DNA of 64,000 bases from Candidatus Marinacidobacterales bacterium (GCA_965237955.1 OZ250169.1:2144001-2208000); one strand, 5' to 3'; numbered from the stretch's first letter, positions 30,715 through 40,830 are shown. The notes: generated from the sequence alone by a model not told the origin. Made by a program: numbers and translations.

Positions 30715-30926
30715 TCGTCGTCGGCCGGGTGCACTCGGAACAAAACGCCCTCGGGAATCAAATCGGGGTCGCGGAACGCCGGCATCGGACGTGAAGGATC
30801 GCGAATGTAGAGATCGCCCTGGGGAACTAGCGCCCCGATGAACAGGAGCTCCCGCCACTTGCGCCGCGGAAGCAAGAACGAGCTTCCTTCCCGCGTGACG
30901 TTCTCGAACGGCCTTTCGTCTACCAT
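30687..30926 (-). CDS. Small hypothetical protein
   Basis: 79-aa ORF filling the gap between hisS and the methyltransferase, protein-like composition. Confidence 0.5.
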   Translation of the reverse strand: MVDERPFENVTREGSSFLLPRRKWRELLFIGALVPQGDLYIRDPSRPMPAFRDPDLIPEGVLFRVHPADDDHVRVERVD

Positions 30927-30937
30927 AAGGGTCTAGC

Positions 30938-31657
30938 ATGGCCCGCATCCGCGCCGTTCTCGTCCGACCCGAAAGCACGGCCAACATCGGTGCGGCTGCC
31001 CGCGTCATCATGAACACCGGGCTCGAAGGACTCGATCTCGTCGATCCCGGTGACTGGCGCACCATCGAAGCTTGGCGGATGGCGTGGCGTGCCGAAGACA
31101 TTCTAGAACAAACCCGGGTGTTCGAGACGCTCGCGGTCGCGCTCGAGGACGCGGTGTACGTCGCCGGCTTTGCTGGGCGCACCGGCATGCGGGTCGAGCC
31201 GATCACGCCGAAGGCGATGGCATCCGAAGTGGCCGCGCTCGAGGAAGACGCCCCGGTCGCTCTCGTTTTCGGGTGCGAATCCACGGGTCTCACCGAGAAC
31301 GATCTCACCCATTGCCAACGCCGGGTGTTCATCCCCACCGACGAACGCCAGGCTTCTCTCAACCTTGCCCAAGCGGTGATGGTTGCCGGCTACGAGCTCT
31401 TACTCGCCGACTCACCCCAGACGACGCCCCCGGCGCGCGCTCCCAGCAAAGACGCGGAACAGGCGCTCTCGAACCTCGAACACGCGTTTCTCGAAGTCGG
31501 TTTCTTGACCCACGACAACGCCCGTCCACGATTCGCCGAGTGGCGCGAGCTATTCGGGCGCGCCGGATTAACGTCGCGCGAAGTCCACCTGGTGATGGCG
31601 CTCGCGCGCAAGATCAAAAATGCCGGAAGAATTGTGAAGGAATCTAAGAAGCCTTGA
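30938..31657 (+). CDS. TrmH/TrmJ-family SPOUT RNA methyltransferase
   Basis: VLVRPE..ANIGAAAR, LVFGCESTGL, SLNLAQAV. Confidence 0.9.
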   Translation: MARIRAVLVRPESTANIGAAARVIMNTGLEGLDLVDPGDWRTIEAWRMAWRAEDILEQTRVFETLAVALEDAVYVAGFAGRTGMRVEPITPKAMASEVAALEEDAPVALVFGCESTGLTENDLTHCQRRVFIPTDERQASLNLAQAVMVAGYELLLADSPQTTPPARAPSKDAEQALSNLEHAFLEVGFLTHDNARPRFAEWRELFGRAGLTSREVHLVMALARKIKNAGRIVKESKKP

Positions 31658-32331
31658 TGTGCTTCCTAAAAAAGTCCTGAATGCGGTTCCATGCGTCCGT
31701 CGCCGCGGCGAGATTGTAGACTTCGCGCTCGTCGTTGAAAAAAGCGTGATCTACGTCGGGGTAAATGTGGAAGTCGGTGCCGACTCCGGCGTTCCCGAGC
31801 GTTTGCTCGAGCGCGTTCACAACGTCTGGGTTCACGAAGCCGTCTTTCTCGGCAAAGAGTCCCAACACCGGCGCTCTTAATTGAGAGTAGTCCGGCTTGA
31901 CGTTCGAATGGATGCCGTAGAAATCAACGCACGCGCCAATACGCGCGTTCTTGCTCGCCGCAAACAGAGCGAGCTGCCCCCCCCATGCAAAAGCCAACGA
32001 TGCCGACCTTGTCACCACGCGCGTTCCTCACCAGATAGTCGACGGCGCCCGAGAGATCTTTCTCCGTCTGCTCGATGTTGAGCGCCATCATCAGCTTTCC
32101 CGCCTCGTCGGGTGATTTCGTGACCTCGCCGTGGTACAGGTCCGGCGCGAGTGCAACGTAACCCGCCGCGGCGAACCGGTCGGCGACGTTCTTGATGTGG
32201 CCCACGAGGCCCCACCATTCTTGAAGGACGATGACTCCCGGACCTTCTCCGCTTTCGGGTTTCGTCAAATAGCCTGTAGTCTTGCCGCCGTTCGCGGCGA
32301 ACTCGACGATCGCGCCGTTCAGTTCAGGCAT
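31644..32331 (-). CDS. Dienelactone hydrolase family protein, +1 frameshift in a G8 run
   Basis: QEWWGL, GFCMGG, DFYG, HAFFND; frame breaks at C8 (31977-31984) where G7 would restore it. Confidence 0.87.
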
Positions 32332-32417
32332 GCCGAATTGTCCCGAAGACCGGGAGTGAAAGCAAGCCGATGGCCGATGGCTGGTGGCCGGTGGCGGGAT
32401 CCTTGTAGAATGAACGC

Positions 32418-33248
32418 ATGCTCTTGAGCCGGGAAGAGATGACGTTCGATTTTCGCGACGCTCGGCTCGACCCGGTGCGCGACCGGGAGCTTCTTGTCTG
32501 GATCTTCAATCAGTTCCTGTACGGCGAGGTCACCGGCATTCAAGTCGGTCATTGGCTCTATCGGGCTCCGACGCTCGACGCTGCCAACTTTCTCGCGCGC
32601 CAGGCGGTCGAAGAGCTGCAACACGTCGACCGGTTCAACGAGATCCTCGGCCTGCTGTCGGCGAAGCCGGGAAAGTCCCACGCGGCGGTGCGCTTTCTGT
32701 CGTCGGGAATGATGGGAGACGATTGGGCCGAGCACGTTTGCCTCGAGATGGCACTCGGCGAGGGCTATGTGTTGAACGTGCTCTACGCGCTCATCGACAC
32801 ACTCGATCACGACGAGATTCGCGCCATTCTCGTGCGGGCGACACGGCAAGAGGAACGCCACGTCGCGTTCGGCGAGTCGGAGACGCGAAAAGCCATCCAC
32901 GACGACCCACGGGTCAAAGGCCGTTTGCTCGGACTCTCTTTGTGGTCACTTCTCGGGATCGACGTTCTCGCGCTCTCTCTCGCACGCCGCTCGTCCGATA
33001 GTCATCCAGTCCTCGAGCAGTTCCCCGCGTTCTTGCAACACGTTCGCACGTCGACCGAGCTTCGCCTCGAGCGTTTGGAGATTCTGGAAAAACCGATTTC
33101 GGAGATGGGTTTTCTGCTCCGATCGGGTAAGATGGGGCTTGCTGCGGTCGGCCATTTGGCGAGGCGCCTGTGGCCAGGGCGGCGGCCGCGCTTGACGAAG
33201 ACGTACTTGGAAGATCGTCGCCTAGGTCCAAGCGGACTTTTTGACTAG
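32418..33248 (+). CDS. Ferritin-like diiron protein
   Basis: YGE...EELQH...LGEG...QEERH paired ExxH pattern. Confidence 0.75.
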   Translation: MLLSREEMTFDFRDARLDPVRDRELLVWIFNQFLYGEVTGIQVGHWLYRAPTLDAANFLARQAVEELQHVDRFNEILGLLSAKPGKSHAAVRFLSSGMMGDDWAEHVCLEMALGEGYVLNVLYALIDTLDHDEIRAILVRATRQEERHVAFGESETRKAIHDDPRVKGRLLGLSLWSLLGIDVLALSLARRSSDSHPVLEQFPAFLQHVRTSTELRLERLEILEKPISEMGFLLRSGKMGLAAVGHLARRLWPGRRPRLTKTYLEDRRLGPSGLFD

Positions 33249-33274
33249 GAGCGGGCTGAACCAAGTTGGAAACG

Positions 33275-33550
33275 TCAAGCGGCGCAGATGAGCGTGGTCG
33301 TGCGGGTCACGCCACGGATGCCGCCAATAGTGCCCGCGACGGTGTGTGAGATGTCTCGCACTTCGTCCACGGCGAGCAGCGCGACGATGTCGTAAGGGCC
33401 GGTGACGGGGTCCACTGTTTGAACGGTGGGCATACGTCTGAGCGAACGAAGGATCGCTTCCACGCGTCCCGGTACGGTCTGGATGAGAACGTAAGCACGG
33501 ATCGCATGGGTTTGCGCCGTTTTGGTTTTGCCCTTTTGAGCTCGTGTCAT
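33275..33550 (-). CDS. Stand-alone Lrp/AsnC ligand-binding domain protein
   Basis: AYVLIQT, VTGPYDIVA, IRGVTRTTTLI; the upstream NRPNRP extension is a 9-nt repeat. Confidence 0.85.
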   Translation of the reverse strand: MTRAQKGKTKTAQTHAIRAYVLIQTVPGRVEAILRSLRRMPTVQTVDPVTGPYDIVALLAVDEVRDISHTVAGTIGGIRGVTRTTTLICAA

Positions 33551-33753
33551 GAGATACCCCTGCCGATTTGGCCTATTGGGCCTATTTGGTTTTGTCCCTT
33601 TCACAAGCGCTTGAAATCTGCTAACATGCGCAGTGAGAGTTTCATAAGGAACTCGAAGTCCCGGCCGTTCTGGCGGGACGCCCGTTGCGGCGCAACAGCT
33701 TCCTAATAATAGACGCTGATTGTCCGCAACAATCCAATGTAAGAAAAAGGTCT

Positions 33754-34911
33754 ATGAATCGTCAAAGCGCGGCTCCTACTGTAGCCGAAGGTGTGCTCGA
33801 ACTCGAACCTCAAGGGAACGGTCACCTCCGGCAAATCGATAAGAACTTCCTCCCCGGCCCCCAGGACGTTCGCGTCCCTAACCGGTTGATCAACAAGTAC
33901 TTCCTGAAAGAAGGCCAGTTCATCCAGGGGCCTTCCGGCATGGCCCGGCGCCGCAACAACCGGCGCGGGGGCCTGCCCCACCGGGAGCTCCAGGCTGTCG
34001 ACAGCGTCAACGGCTTCAAGCCGCAACAGCTCCCCGAAGTGCGCCCGTACTCCGAGCTCGTCAGCGAGCACCCGGACGACCGGCTGCGGCTCGCCCAAGA
34101 GCCGGAAGACCCGACCTCGATGCGGGTGTTCGACATGATCACGCCCATCGGCCGAGGCCAGCGTGGCCTCATCGTGGCTTCCCCCAAAACCGGCAAGACC
34201 ATCCTGCTCGAGCAGGTCGGGCAGGCCGTCGCCAAGTACTACCCCGAAAGCCACCTCTACATTCTTCTCATCGACGAACGCCCGGAAGAGGTCACCCACA
34301 TGAGGCGCTCGGTGAACGGTCAAGTGATCTCGTCGACGTCCGACAGCACCAGTGCCAACCACCTCCGCGTGGCTCGCCTCGTTCTCGAACGTTCCCGTCG
34401 TCTCGTCGAAATGGGCGAGGACGTCGTTATCCTGCTCGACTCCATCACCCGTTTGGGGCGCGCCTCAAACCGTGAGCAGAAAGGTCGCGGGAAAACGATG
34501 AGCGGCGGTATCGATTCCCGCGCACTCGAGTTCCCGCGTCAGTTCTTCGGGGCTGCCAGGAATGTCGAGAATGGCGGAAGCCTCACCATCCTCGGCACCG
34601 CTCTCGTCGACACCGGAAGCCAGATGGATGAAGTGATCTTCCAGGAGTTCAAGGGCACCGGCAACATGGAGCTCGTGCTCGACCGCAAGCTCGCGGAATC
34701 CCGTGTCTTTCCGTCCATCGACATCGCCCTCTCGGGGACACGCCGCGAAGAGCTGCTCCTCGATGCAGAAGAGCTTCCGAAAGTCCACCTGCTGAGGCGT
34801 GCTCTCGCGGGATTGAAACCCACGGAAGCGATGACCCTTCTTCTCGACAAGATGGGGAAGACGAAGAGCAACAAAGAGCTTCTCGATCAAATTAAGATCA
34901 AGTCGGTTTAG
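33754..34911 (+). CDS. rho: Transcription termination factor Rho (short form)
   Basis: EGVLE, PIGRGQRGLIV, GKT, LIDERPEEVT, LDSITRL, FKGTGNMEL, SGTRREELL. Confidence 0.95.
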   Translation: MNRQSAAPTVAEGVLELEPQGNGHLRQIDKNFLPGPQDVRVPNRLINKYFLKEGQFIQGPSGMARRRNNRRGGLPHRELQAVDSVNGFKPQQLPEVRPYSELVSEHPDDRLRLAQEPEDPTSMRVFDMITPIGRGQRGLIVASPKTGKTILLEQVGQAVAKYYPESHLYILLIDERPEEVTHMRRSVNGQVISSTSDSTSANHLRVARLVLERSRRLVEMGEDVVILLDSITRLGRASNREQKGRGKTMSGGIDSRALEFPRQFFGAARNVENGGSLTILGTALVDTGSQMDEVIFQEFKGTGNMELVLDRKLAESRVFPSIDIALSGTRREELLLDAEELPKVHLLRRALAGLKPTEAMTLLLDKMGKTKSNKELLDQIKIKSV

Positions 34912-34957
34912 CTTCCCGTCAACCGCCACTTGTTGGGTTTTGAGAAACCGGGAAGCA

Positions 34958-34995
34958 CCCCTACCCAGGCCCTCTCCCCTACAGGGGAGAGGGAT
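34958..34995. repeat. REP-like hairpin CCCTCTCCC...GGGAGAGGG; related copy at 62184-62223
   Basis: CCCTACCCAGGCCCTCTCCCCTACAGGGGAGAGGG versus CCCCTCACCTCATCCCTCTCCCGCGAGCGGGAGAGGGG. Confidence 0.65.
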
Positions 34996-35112
34996 TAGCG
35001 GTTCGTACCCACTTCGTTGGTACGGCTTCCTCAGCTCCTTCTTCCCAGGAATATTCTCAGCACGTACCATCAGCACATCGTCGGCGTAGTGTAGCGCATA
35101 GCCGCTATGGGA

Positions 35113-35805
35113 TCAGGTCGTCATCCGTTTTACTTGGGCGGGGGCGACGCCTTTGTCGTCGTGTTTGGCGTAGAGGTAGATGTCTTCGGCCTCGTTCGAG
35201 GCTCGGCTCAAGAGCGTGCGCACCGTCTCGATTTCGTCGTCCGTGTAGGGTGGAGCGTTGCGGAGTCGCACGTAGAGAAACGGTGCCGTGTGCACGATTT
35301 CGCTAGCGCCGATCGCAAACTCGGCGGCGCAAAGGGCCACGCCAGCTTCTTTCAGGCGGTCGACAACGGCAGGCTCGTTCCACGAGTCGTGGCGGAACTC
35401 CATGGCGTATCGGTGACCTTGGGGAAGCTCTTGCAGGAAAGTCTCGAGACGCTCGAGGTCCAGCTTGAAAAACGGCGGCAGCTGGAAGAGCAGCACCCCC
35501 AGACGCGGACCGAGCGGTATGAGATTGTCGAGAAAGTCCGATACCGACTGCGCCACGTTTTTGAGCCTGTACCTGTGGGTGATGCTCTGATGCATTTTGA
35601 ACGAGAGCTTGAAGCTCTCGGGCATTTTCTCGGCCCAGGTTTCAATGACTTCGAGACGGGGGAACCGTCGAAAGGTGTGGTTGATCTCGACGCTCGTCAA
35701 CTGCGTCGCGTAATACGAAAGAAACTCTTTTGCAGGTGTTTTCGGAGGGTAGAACTCCCCCACCCATTCCTTGAAGCTATAGCCTGAACAGCCCGCGTAG
35801 ATCAC
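35113..35805 (-). CDS. DUF72 family protein
   Basis: IYAGCSGYSF..W.G.FYP, VEINHTF, LFQLPP, EFRHDSW; GTGA overlap with the upstream gene. Confidence 0.9.
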   Translation of the reverse strand: MIYAGCSGYSFKEWVGEFYPPKTPAKEFLSYYATQLTSVEINHTFRRFPRLEVIETWAEKMPESFKLSFKMHQSITHRYRLKNVAQSVSDFLDNLIPLGPRLGVLLFQLPPFFKLDLERLETFLQELPQGHRYAMEFRHDSWNEPAVVDRLKEAGVALCAAEFAIGASEIVHTAPFLYVRLRNAPPYTDDEIETVRTLLSRASNEAEDIYLYAKHDDKGVAPAQVKRMTT

Positions 35806-36485
35806 GTGACGTCGGCGACCCAACGGAAGCCGAAGTCGGCGTAATGGAACGTCGGAGGCAAGCTGGCACGCGCGGAGCACGGCGTCACCACGGTCTGATG
35901 CCGCCACGATCCCCCGCGCGCGGCGCGGCGACTCCCTCCGAATGCACACGGGTTTCGATCCGGAGACACGCTGTAGAAGTCTTCATGATAAGCGTCGAGG
36001 CACCACTCGTGCACCGTGTCCGCCAAGTTGTAGAGGCCATAGCCGTTCGCTGGCGTCGAGGCGACACGATCCGGTCCGTCGAGTGGTCCATGGACGCGCG
36101 CGTGGCCACCACCGTCGATGTCGTCGCCCCATGGAAACAGTTGGCCAACGGCCCCGCCGCGCGCGGCTTTCTCGCGTTCCGCTTCCGTGGGCAATCGAAC
36201 GCCGAGCCCTCTCGCCTCGGAGAGCCAATCGCAGAACGAACGAGCCTGATCCCAGTTTACACCGACGACAGGTTGGTCGTCCGCGTCGAAGGCAGGCTCG
36301 TCGAGCCACGGCGGCGGCTCGTCACCGGTGTCGGTTAGATAGCGCCGATACGCCGCATTCGTGACCGGAGTCACGGCCATTGCGAAAGCGGCGACGAAGA
36401 CGCGGTGCACCGGCCCTTCGTTGTCACCACGGCCGGACGATCCCATGAGGAAGGTGCCCTCAGGGACGAGAGCCCGCTCGAGCAC
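35802..36485 (-). CDS. Formylglycine-generating enzyme (SUMF1/FGE-sulfatase) domain protein
   Basis: GTFLMGS, PVVGVNW, RLPTEAE.EKAARGG, NGYGLY, RGGSW, FGFR. Confidence 0.88.
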   Translation of the reverse strand: MLERALVPEGTFLMGSSGRGDNEGPVHRVFVAAFAMAVTPVTNAAYRRYLTDTGDEPPPWLDEPAFDADDQPVVGVNWDQARSFCDWLSEARGLGVRLPTEAEREKAARGGAVGQLFPWGDDIDGGGHARVHGPLDGPDRVASTPANGYGLYNLADTVHEWCLDAYHEDFYSVSPDRNPCAFGGSRRAARGGSWRHQTVVTPCSARASLPPTFHYADFGFRWVADVT

Positions 36486-36493
36486 TAGCCTAG

Positions 36494-36928
36494 CTACTTG
36501 AACAGATCGTCGAACGCGCTGCGCGCGTCTTCGGCGGTATTCGCCCTGCGGCCGGTCGCGTCGAGCGCTAGCACCGGCTTGAACAGTGCGCACTCGTTCG
36601 CAGCCCACTTGTCCACGATCCGCTCATCGATCTTCTCGCGGCACTGAAACCGCGCATCGGGATCGAACTGCTTGCAGTGTCTGCAAGAGTGAAGAGGTGT
36701 CTCGCACTTGGCGCACGTGGTCGTGTGATCTACATCGAGCTGGCTCGCGGGAACCTGGTGGCCGCACTTCCCGCATCGCGTGACGATGACGGTCTCCCGG
36801 TCGATGGCATGCCGCAACGATCGGGTCTGCTCGCGATTACCGAGGTCCGGCGGGCGTTCGGTCCGCCGCTTCTCACGGCGTTCCTCGTCGTACTCGTCGT
36901 TCCGGTAACCTCGTTGGCGATACTTCAT
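36494..36928 (-). CDS. Hypothetical Cys-rich (zinc-ribbon-like) protein
   Basis: CGKC, CAKC, CRHC plus further Cys; C-terminal ARSAFDDLFK; GGAGG RBS. Confidence 0.8.
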   Translation of the reverse strand: MKYRQRGYRNDEYDEERREKRRTERPPDLGNREQTRSLRHAIDRETVIVTRCGKCGHQVPASQLDVDHTTTCAKCETPLHSCRHCKQFDPDARFQCREKIDERIVDKWAANECALFKPVLALDATGRRANTAEDARSAFDDLFK

Positions 36929-37105
36929 AGAGGTTTTCCTCCTCCAACCGCAAAGGCCCTCGCCTCTTGAGACGGTAGGATTAGAGAGATGACTTCCTTC
37001 AGGGGGGAGAGCCCGGCGCGCGACCCTAAGGCTTTCACTAAGATACCGAAGTCAACCCCAAGATAGCACGTTCTGTCAAGCAAATTCCATCGCTAAGTGG
37101 ACCTC

Positions 37106-37266
37106 GGCGTAGGTCGACCCCGTGCCCGCTTCACCCCCCGGAGACTCGACAACGAGCGACGGCTGCCAGGCACACGGAGCTCTCGTGGTCGCATTGCTTC
37201 ATTGGGTCAGTTGATCGGGCACGGGCACCGCACACCGGCTCGGACACGGGACCAACCTACATCGAG
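37106..37266. repeat. Degenerate GTAGG-type REP-like inverted pair
   Basis: CGTAGGTCGACCCCGTGCCCG...CGGACACGGGACCAACCTAC. Confidence 0.55.
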
Positions 37267-37274
37267 TCGAGCCA

Positions 37275-38453
37275 CTACAGGGTCGCAAGGGCCTGATCGA
37301 GGTCGGCGATGAGATCTTCGGCATCCTCGATACCGAGCGCGAGGCGGATGAGGCCGTCCCCAATGCCCGCTTTCTCTCTGTCTTCGCGGGAAAGCATTGC
37401 ATGCGACGTCAGGCACGGGATCGAGATCAGCGACTCGACACCTCCCAGACTCGGCGCGACCCGTACGATCGAAAGCGCGTTCGCGACTTGCTTCGCTGGT
37501 TCGATGCCACCATCGACCTCGAAGCTCACCACGCCTCCGCCGCCACGCATTTGCCGGAGCGCAAGCTCATGTTGAGGATGCGATTCGAGCATCGGGTAGT
37601 AGACCGCCCGCACGTTCTCGTGCCCTTCGAGGAAACGGCTTACGACAACGCCGTTGTCGTTGTGGCGTCCGACCCGAAGTCCCAAAGACTTCATCCCGCG
37701 GATCAAGAGGTAGCTCGCGTGCGGGTCGAGGATGCCGCCGAGCACCCGCATGAACGATTTCACGCAATCGACGAGCTCGCGCGATCCGGTGACGACGCCC
37801 CCGAGCAAATCTGAATGGCCGCCCAAGTACTTCGTAGCGGAGTGCAGGACGCCGTCGACGCCGAGCGTGTGCGGCTGGGTGTTGAGCGGAGTGGCGAACG
37901 TCGAATCAATGAGTGAGACGATGCCTCGTGGTCTCGCTACCGACGTGACGCGCTCGATATCCACGAGCTTCAACGTCGGGTTCGTCGGTGATTCTACGTA
38001 CACCACTTTGGTGTTGTCTCGAATCGCGCTTTCGAAGCCGGAGACATCGGTGGCCTCGAACCAGCTGACGTCGACGCCGTAGCGCGGAAGGAGCTCGTAG
38101 GCGAATCGATGGACTCCGCCGTAAACCTCGCGCTGAAAGACCGCGTGGTCGCCCCGCTGCAAGTGCGCGAGAAGCGTCGTGGTAATGGCGGCCATCCCCG
38201 AGCCGAACACGGCGGCCGATTCTGCTCCTTCGAGCTCGGCGACGGTGCGCTCGGCAATCGTGAGGGTAGGATTGCCGTAGCGGGTGTAGAACATATCGGC
38301 TTTCGCCTCTTCGATGGCAACTTGCTCGTCGACGTCTTTCGATTCGAACGTCGCGGACAAATGGATGGGCGGGACGACGGGTCGATTCTCGCGCGGTCCA
38401 CTCGCGCCTGAATGGATGGCTCGTGTCGACAGGCTCAGATCTTCGCGGTTCAT
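37275..38453 (-). CDS. Cys/Met metabolism PLP enzyme (cystathionine gamma-synthase/lyase family)
   Basis: YTRYGNPT, SGMAAI, ESPTNP, DSTFATP, HSATKYLGGHSD, SLGGVESL. Confidence 0.93.
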   Translation of the reverse strand: MNREDLSLSTRAIHSGASGPRENRPVVPPIHLSATFESKDVDEQVAIEEAKADMFYTRYGNPTLTIAERTVAELEGAESAAVFGSGMAAITTTLLAHLQRGDHAVFQREVYGGVHRFAYELLPRYGVDVSWFEATDVSGFESAIRDNTKVVYVESPTNPTLKLVDIERVTSVARPRGIVSLIDSTFATPLNTQPHTLGVDGVLHSATKYLGGHSDLLGGVVTGSRELVDCVKSFMRVLGGILDPHASYLLIRGMKSLGLRVGRHNDNGVVVSRFLEGHENVRAVYYPMLESHPQHELALRQMRGGGGVVSFEVDGGIEPAKQVANALSIVRVAPSLGGVESLISIPCLTSHAMLSREDREKAGIGDGLIRLALGIEDAEDLIADLDQALATL

Positions 38454-38454
38454 G

Positions 38455-39268
38455 TCATTTCCTCTTGGGTTGGCACTCAGGGCAATAGTAGCTGGATCGC
38501 CCCCCTTGGACGAGTTTTGCAATCGACGCACCACATCGCGGGCACGGCTCATCCGCGTGCCCGTACACCCGGACCCGGTTCGCTTCGCCCTGCTGTAGAT
38601 ACCTGAGGTTTTCCGAGCGCGATCGCGCGATCTCAGCCCGGAGCTCGCGGCGGATGTAGCGGGCGAGGAGCACGCTTTCTTCTCGTGTCAGTCCGGACGC
38701 GCTTCGCTCCGGATGGATACCGGCGAGAAAAAGAGCTTCGGCGGCATGGCTGTTTCCAATCCCCGCGATGCGTTTCTGATCCATGAGAAAAATCTTGATC
38801 GGACGCGCGGACTTTTGCACGAGCTCGTAAAGGCGAGCGGGTGTGAACTCACGCTCCAGAGGCTCCACTCCGAGCGCGTCGAGGCGCTTTTTTTCCTTTT
38901 CCGTAACGAGGCGAAACTCCCCGAGCCGTCGTCGGTCGAGAAAAGCAATGCGCTCGCCGCGAGACAGCTCGAGCGTCGCGCGGGTGAACTTGGGGAGCTC
39001 TGCCTTTTTAGTCACGCGCGCGAACGTCCCCGTCATCCCCAAGTGCACGAGCACCGCCGAACGCGCTCGTCCCAGATCAAAAACGAGGAACTTGCCGCGT
39101 CTTTCGACCCCGCGGACTCTCGCGCCCTCGAGCCCGGCTTCCACCTTGCGGCGAGATTGCCTGCCACGTAGCAGCGCGTCGGGAACGCTGGCGCGTTGTA
39201 TGCGACGTCCCTTTCAACCAGCGTTCGAGGTTTTCTCGCCAGATTTCTACTTCCGGTAATTCTGGCAT
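38455..39268 (-). CDS. mutM: Formamidopyrimidine-DNA glycosylase (Fpg/Nei), +1 frameshift at 39209-39211
   Basis: MPELPEVE, RRGKFL, HLGMTG, GIGN, CPRC...CPEC; deleting one G joins the two ORFs. Confidence 0.9.
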
Positions 39269-39509
39269 TTCGGTAGCCTAGCTTACCGGGTGAACCAATT
39301 GCGACGACCGGCCGCAGCGCAGTTACTACGTCTACGTTTGCGCCGAATCCGACGATACCGTGCACAAACTACGTTTCGGACCGAGCGGCTTCGATGAGGT
39401 CAAATCGATCTCGGTGGGCGCGTTCCCCGCGGACACCGAGGGTCCTGGTAGAACGTTAAACGAACGGGTTCGACTCGCGTGAAAGTCCTCGGGGCGGAGT
39501 CCAGGTGAG

Positions 39510-39645
39510 CTTAGGCGGCGAGTCAGGCAATATCGGTGATGGAGGCCACCTACCTTCGGAATGGCAATCACTTTGCGCCTGGCGGGGGGATTCACCGGCC
39601 TAGAATCGGGCGCATCCTTCTCGAGCGACAAGTGCGTCCGGCAAG
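39510..39645 (-). pseudogene. Extreme C-terminal remnant of an integrase-core (rve) transposase
   Basis: RTHLSLEKDAPDSRPV...VIAIPKVGGLHHRY. Confidence 0.75.
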
Positions 39646-40023
39646 AATGAGTCGACGTATTCTCTCAGGATTCGCCTCAGGTGCCGCTTGCCCAAGGATA
39701 ATTATGGGACTTATACCTAATGGCTCGACACGCGCCCGCCGCTTCCGGTGGGCGGCGAGGCTGGATTTGGCATGGCGCTTGCGCTTGCGCTTCCGCTCGT
39801 CGTCACCGTCCTGCGGCTTAGGTTTGATTTTTTTGGTGCGTGGTAGCGGGCGTTTTCTAAGCAAGTCGTTTATTTACAACGGCTTATGTACACGGTGTGG
39901 ATCGTAATAAGTCATCGTGTCTCCCGTTGGGAGACAGCCGGACGAGCCCGGCCTCGGTGAGTTCGGGCGCTGTGGGCTGCGCCAGCAGCCCAGCCATGTA
40001 GCGGCGGCGGATTTCCCTGTTTC

Positions 40024-40175
40024 CTAGTCCCCTGTATCAGAACAAACTAGATAAAGCAGAGCTTGCCGAAACCATTCTAAGTGCATGAATCTTATGAATC
40101 TTATGGGCTGGCGAAAAGCCTAACTTTGTATAGTAATCCTAACTTTGTATAGTAATCAAAGATCCAGGGGACTAG
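40024..40175. mobile_element. MITE copy 2 (152 bp, with a 19-bp internal tandem duplication)
   Basis: Near-identical to 26811-26943; CCTAACTTTGTATAGTAAT is duplicated. Confidence 0.9.
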
Positions 40176-40293
40176 CGGTATAAGTCCCATAATTATGTGG
40201 TCGAGACACTCACGACGAATCGATCCGATGAGCCTTTCGACGAACGGGTTTGCCACGGCGACCCTCCTCTATCGTCTGCCTCCCTGCCGCCGG

Positions 40294-40830
40294 CTACCGT
40301 TTACGGTTCTTGAGCACCTCTGCAAGCTGCTTCGGGGTGTGGCTGTTCGCGAGACGCTGTAGCTGGTCGATGGAAGAGGGATTGTCCCGCTCGTGGCGGC
40401 GCTTGTCTTCCTGCGCCCGGTCTCGTTCAATGTTGCGCTCAAGCTCCTTGACCTGCCGCAAGAGATCCAGACGGCTGACCCTGCCAATGAGCTTGCCTCG
40501 CTCCAGGACTGGCAGTATCGGAAAGTTCGTTTCGAGGAAGGCGGCGGCGACGCGGAACAGATCCATATCCGCCGTGAGCGTGACTTTTACCGACGACATG
40601 TAGTCGCTGACCCTGCCGCCGGCCAGCTCCCCATAGGCGGAGTTGGAAAGCAGGCGTAAGCAATCTTTTTCAGTGAGTATCCCGACCAGCTCCTCCTCGT
40701 CGTTGAGGACCGGGGCACCCTGGGCGCGCTTGCGCACCAGGACGTCGACGGCCGCGAGGAGATCCTCCTCCGGTCGTAGAACAATGAAGTAAGGGGACAA
40801 GGCGTCACGGGCAGTCGGAATTTGGATCAT
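40294..40830 (-). CDS. CBS domain pair protein
   Basis: GAPVLN..ELVGILTEKDCL; LPVLE.GKLIGRVSRLDLL. Confidence 0.88.
   Translation of the reverse strand: MIQIPTARDALSPYFIVLRPEEDLLAAVDVLVRKRAQGAPVLNDEEELVGILTEKDCLRLLSNSAYGELAGGRVSDYMSSVKVTLTADMDLFRVAAAFLETNFPILPVLERGKLIGRVSRLDLLRQVKELERNIERDRAQEDKRRHERDNPSSIDQLQRLANSHTPKQLAEVLKNRKR

Noticed and set aside
39592-39864. Basic 90-aa ORF (KRKRKR)
   Set aside because: Lies in element debris, low complexity, no clear start or family
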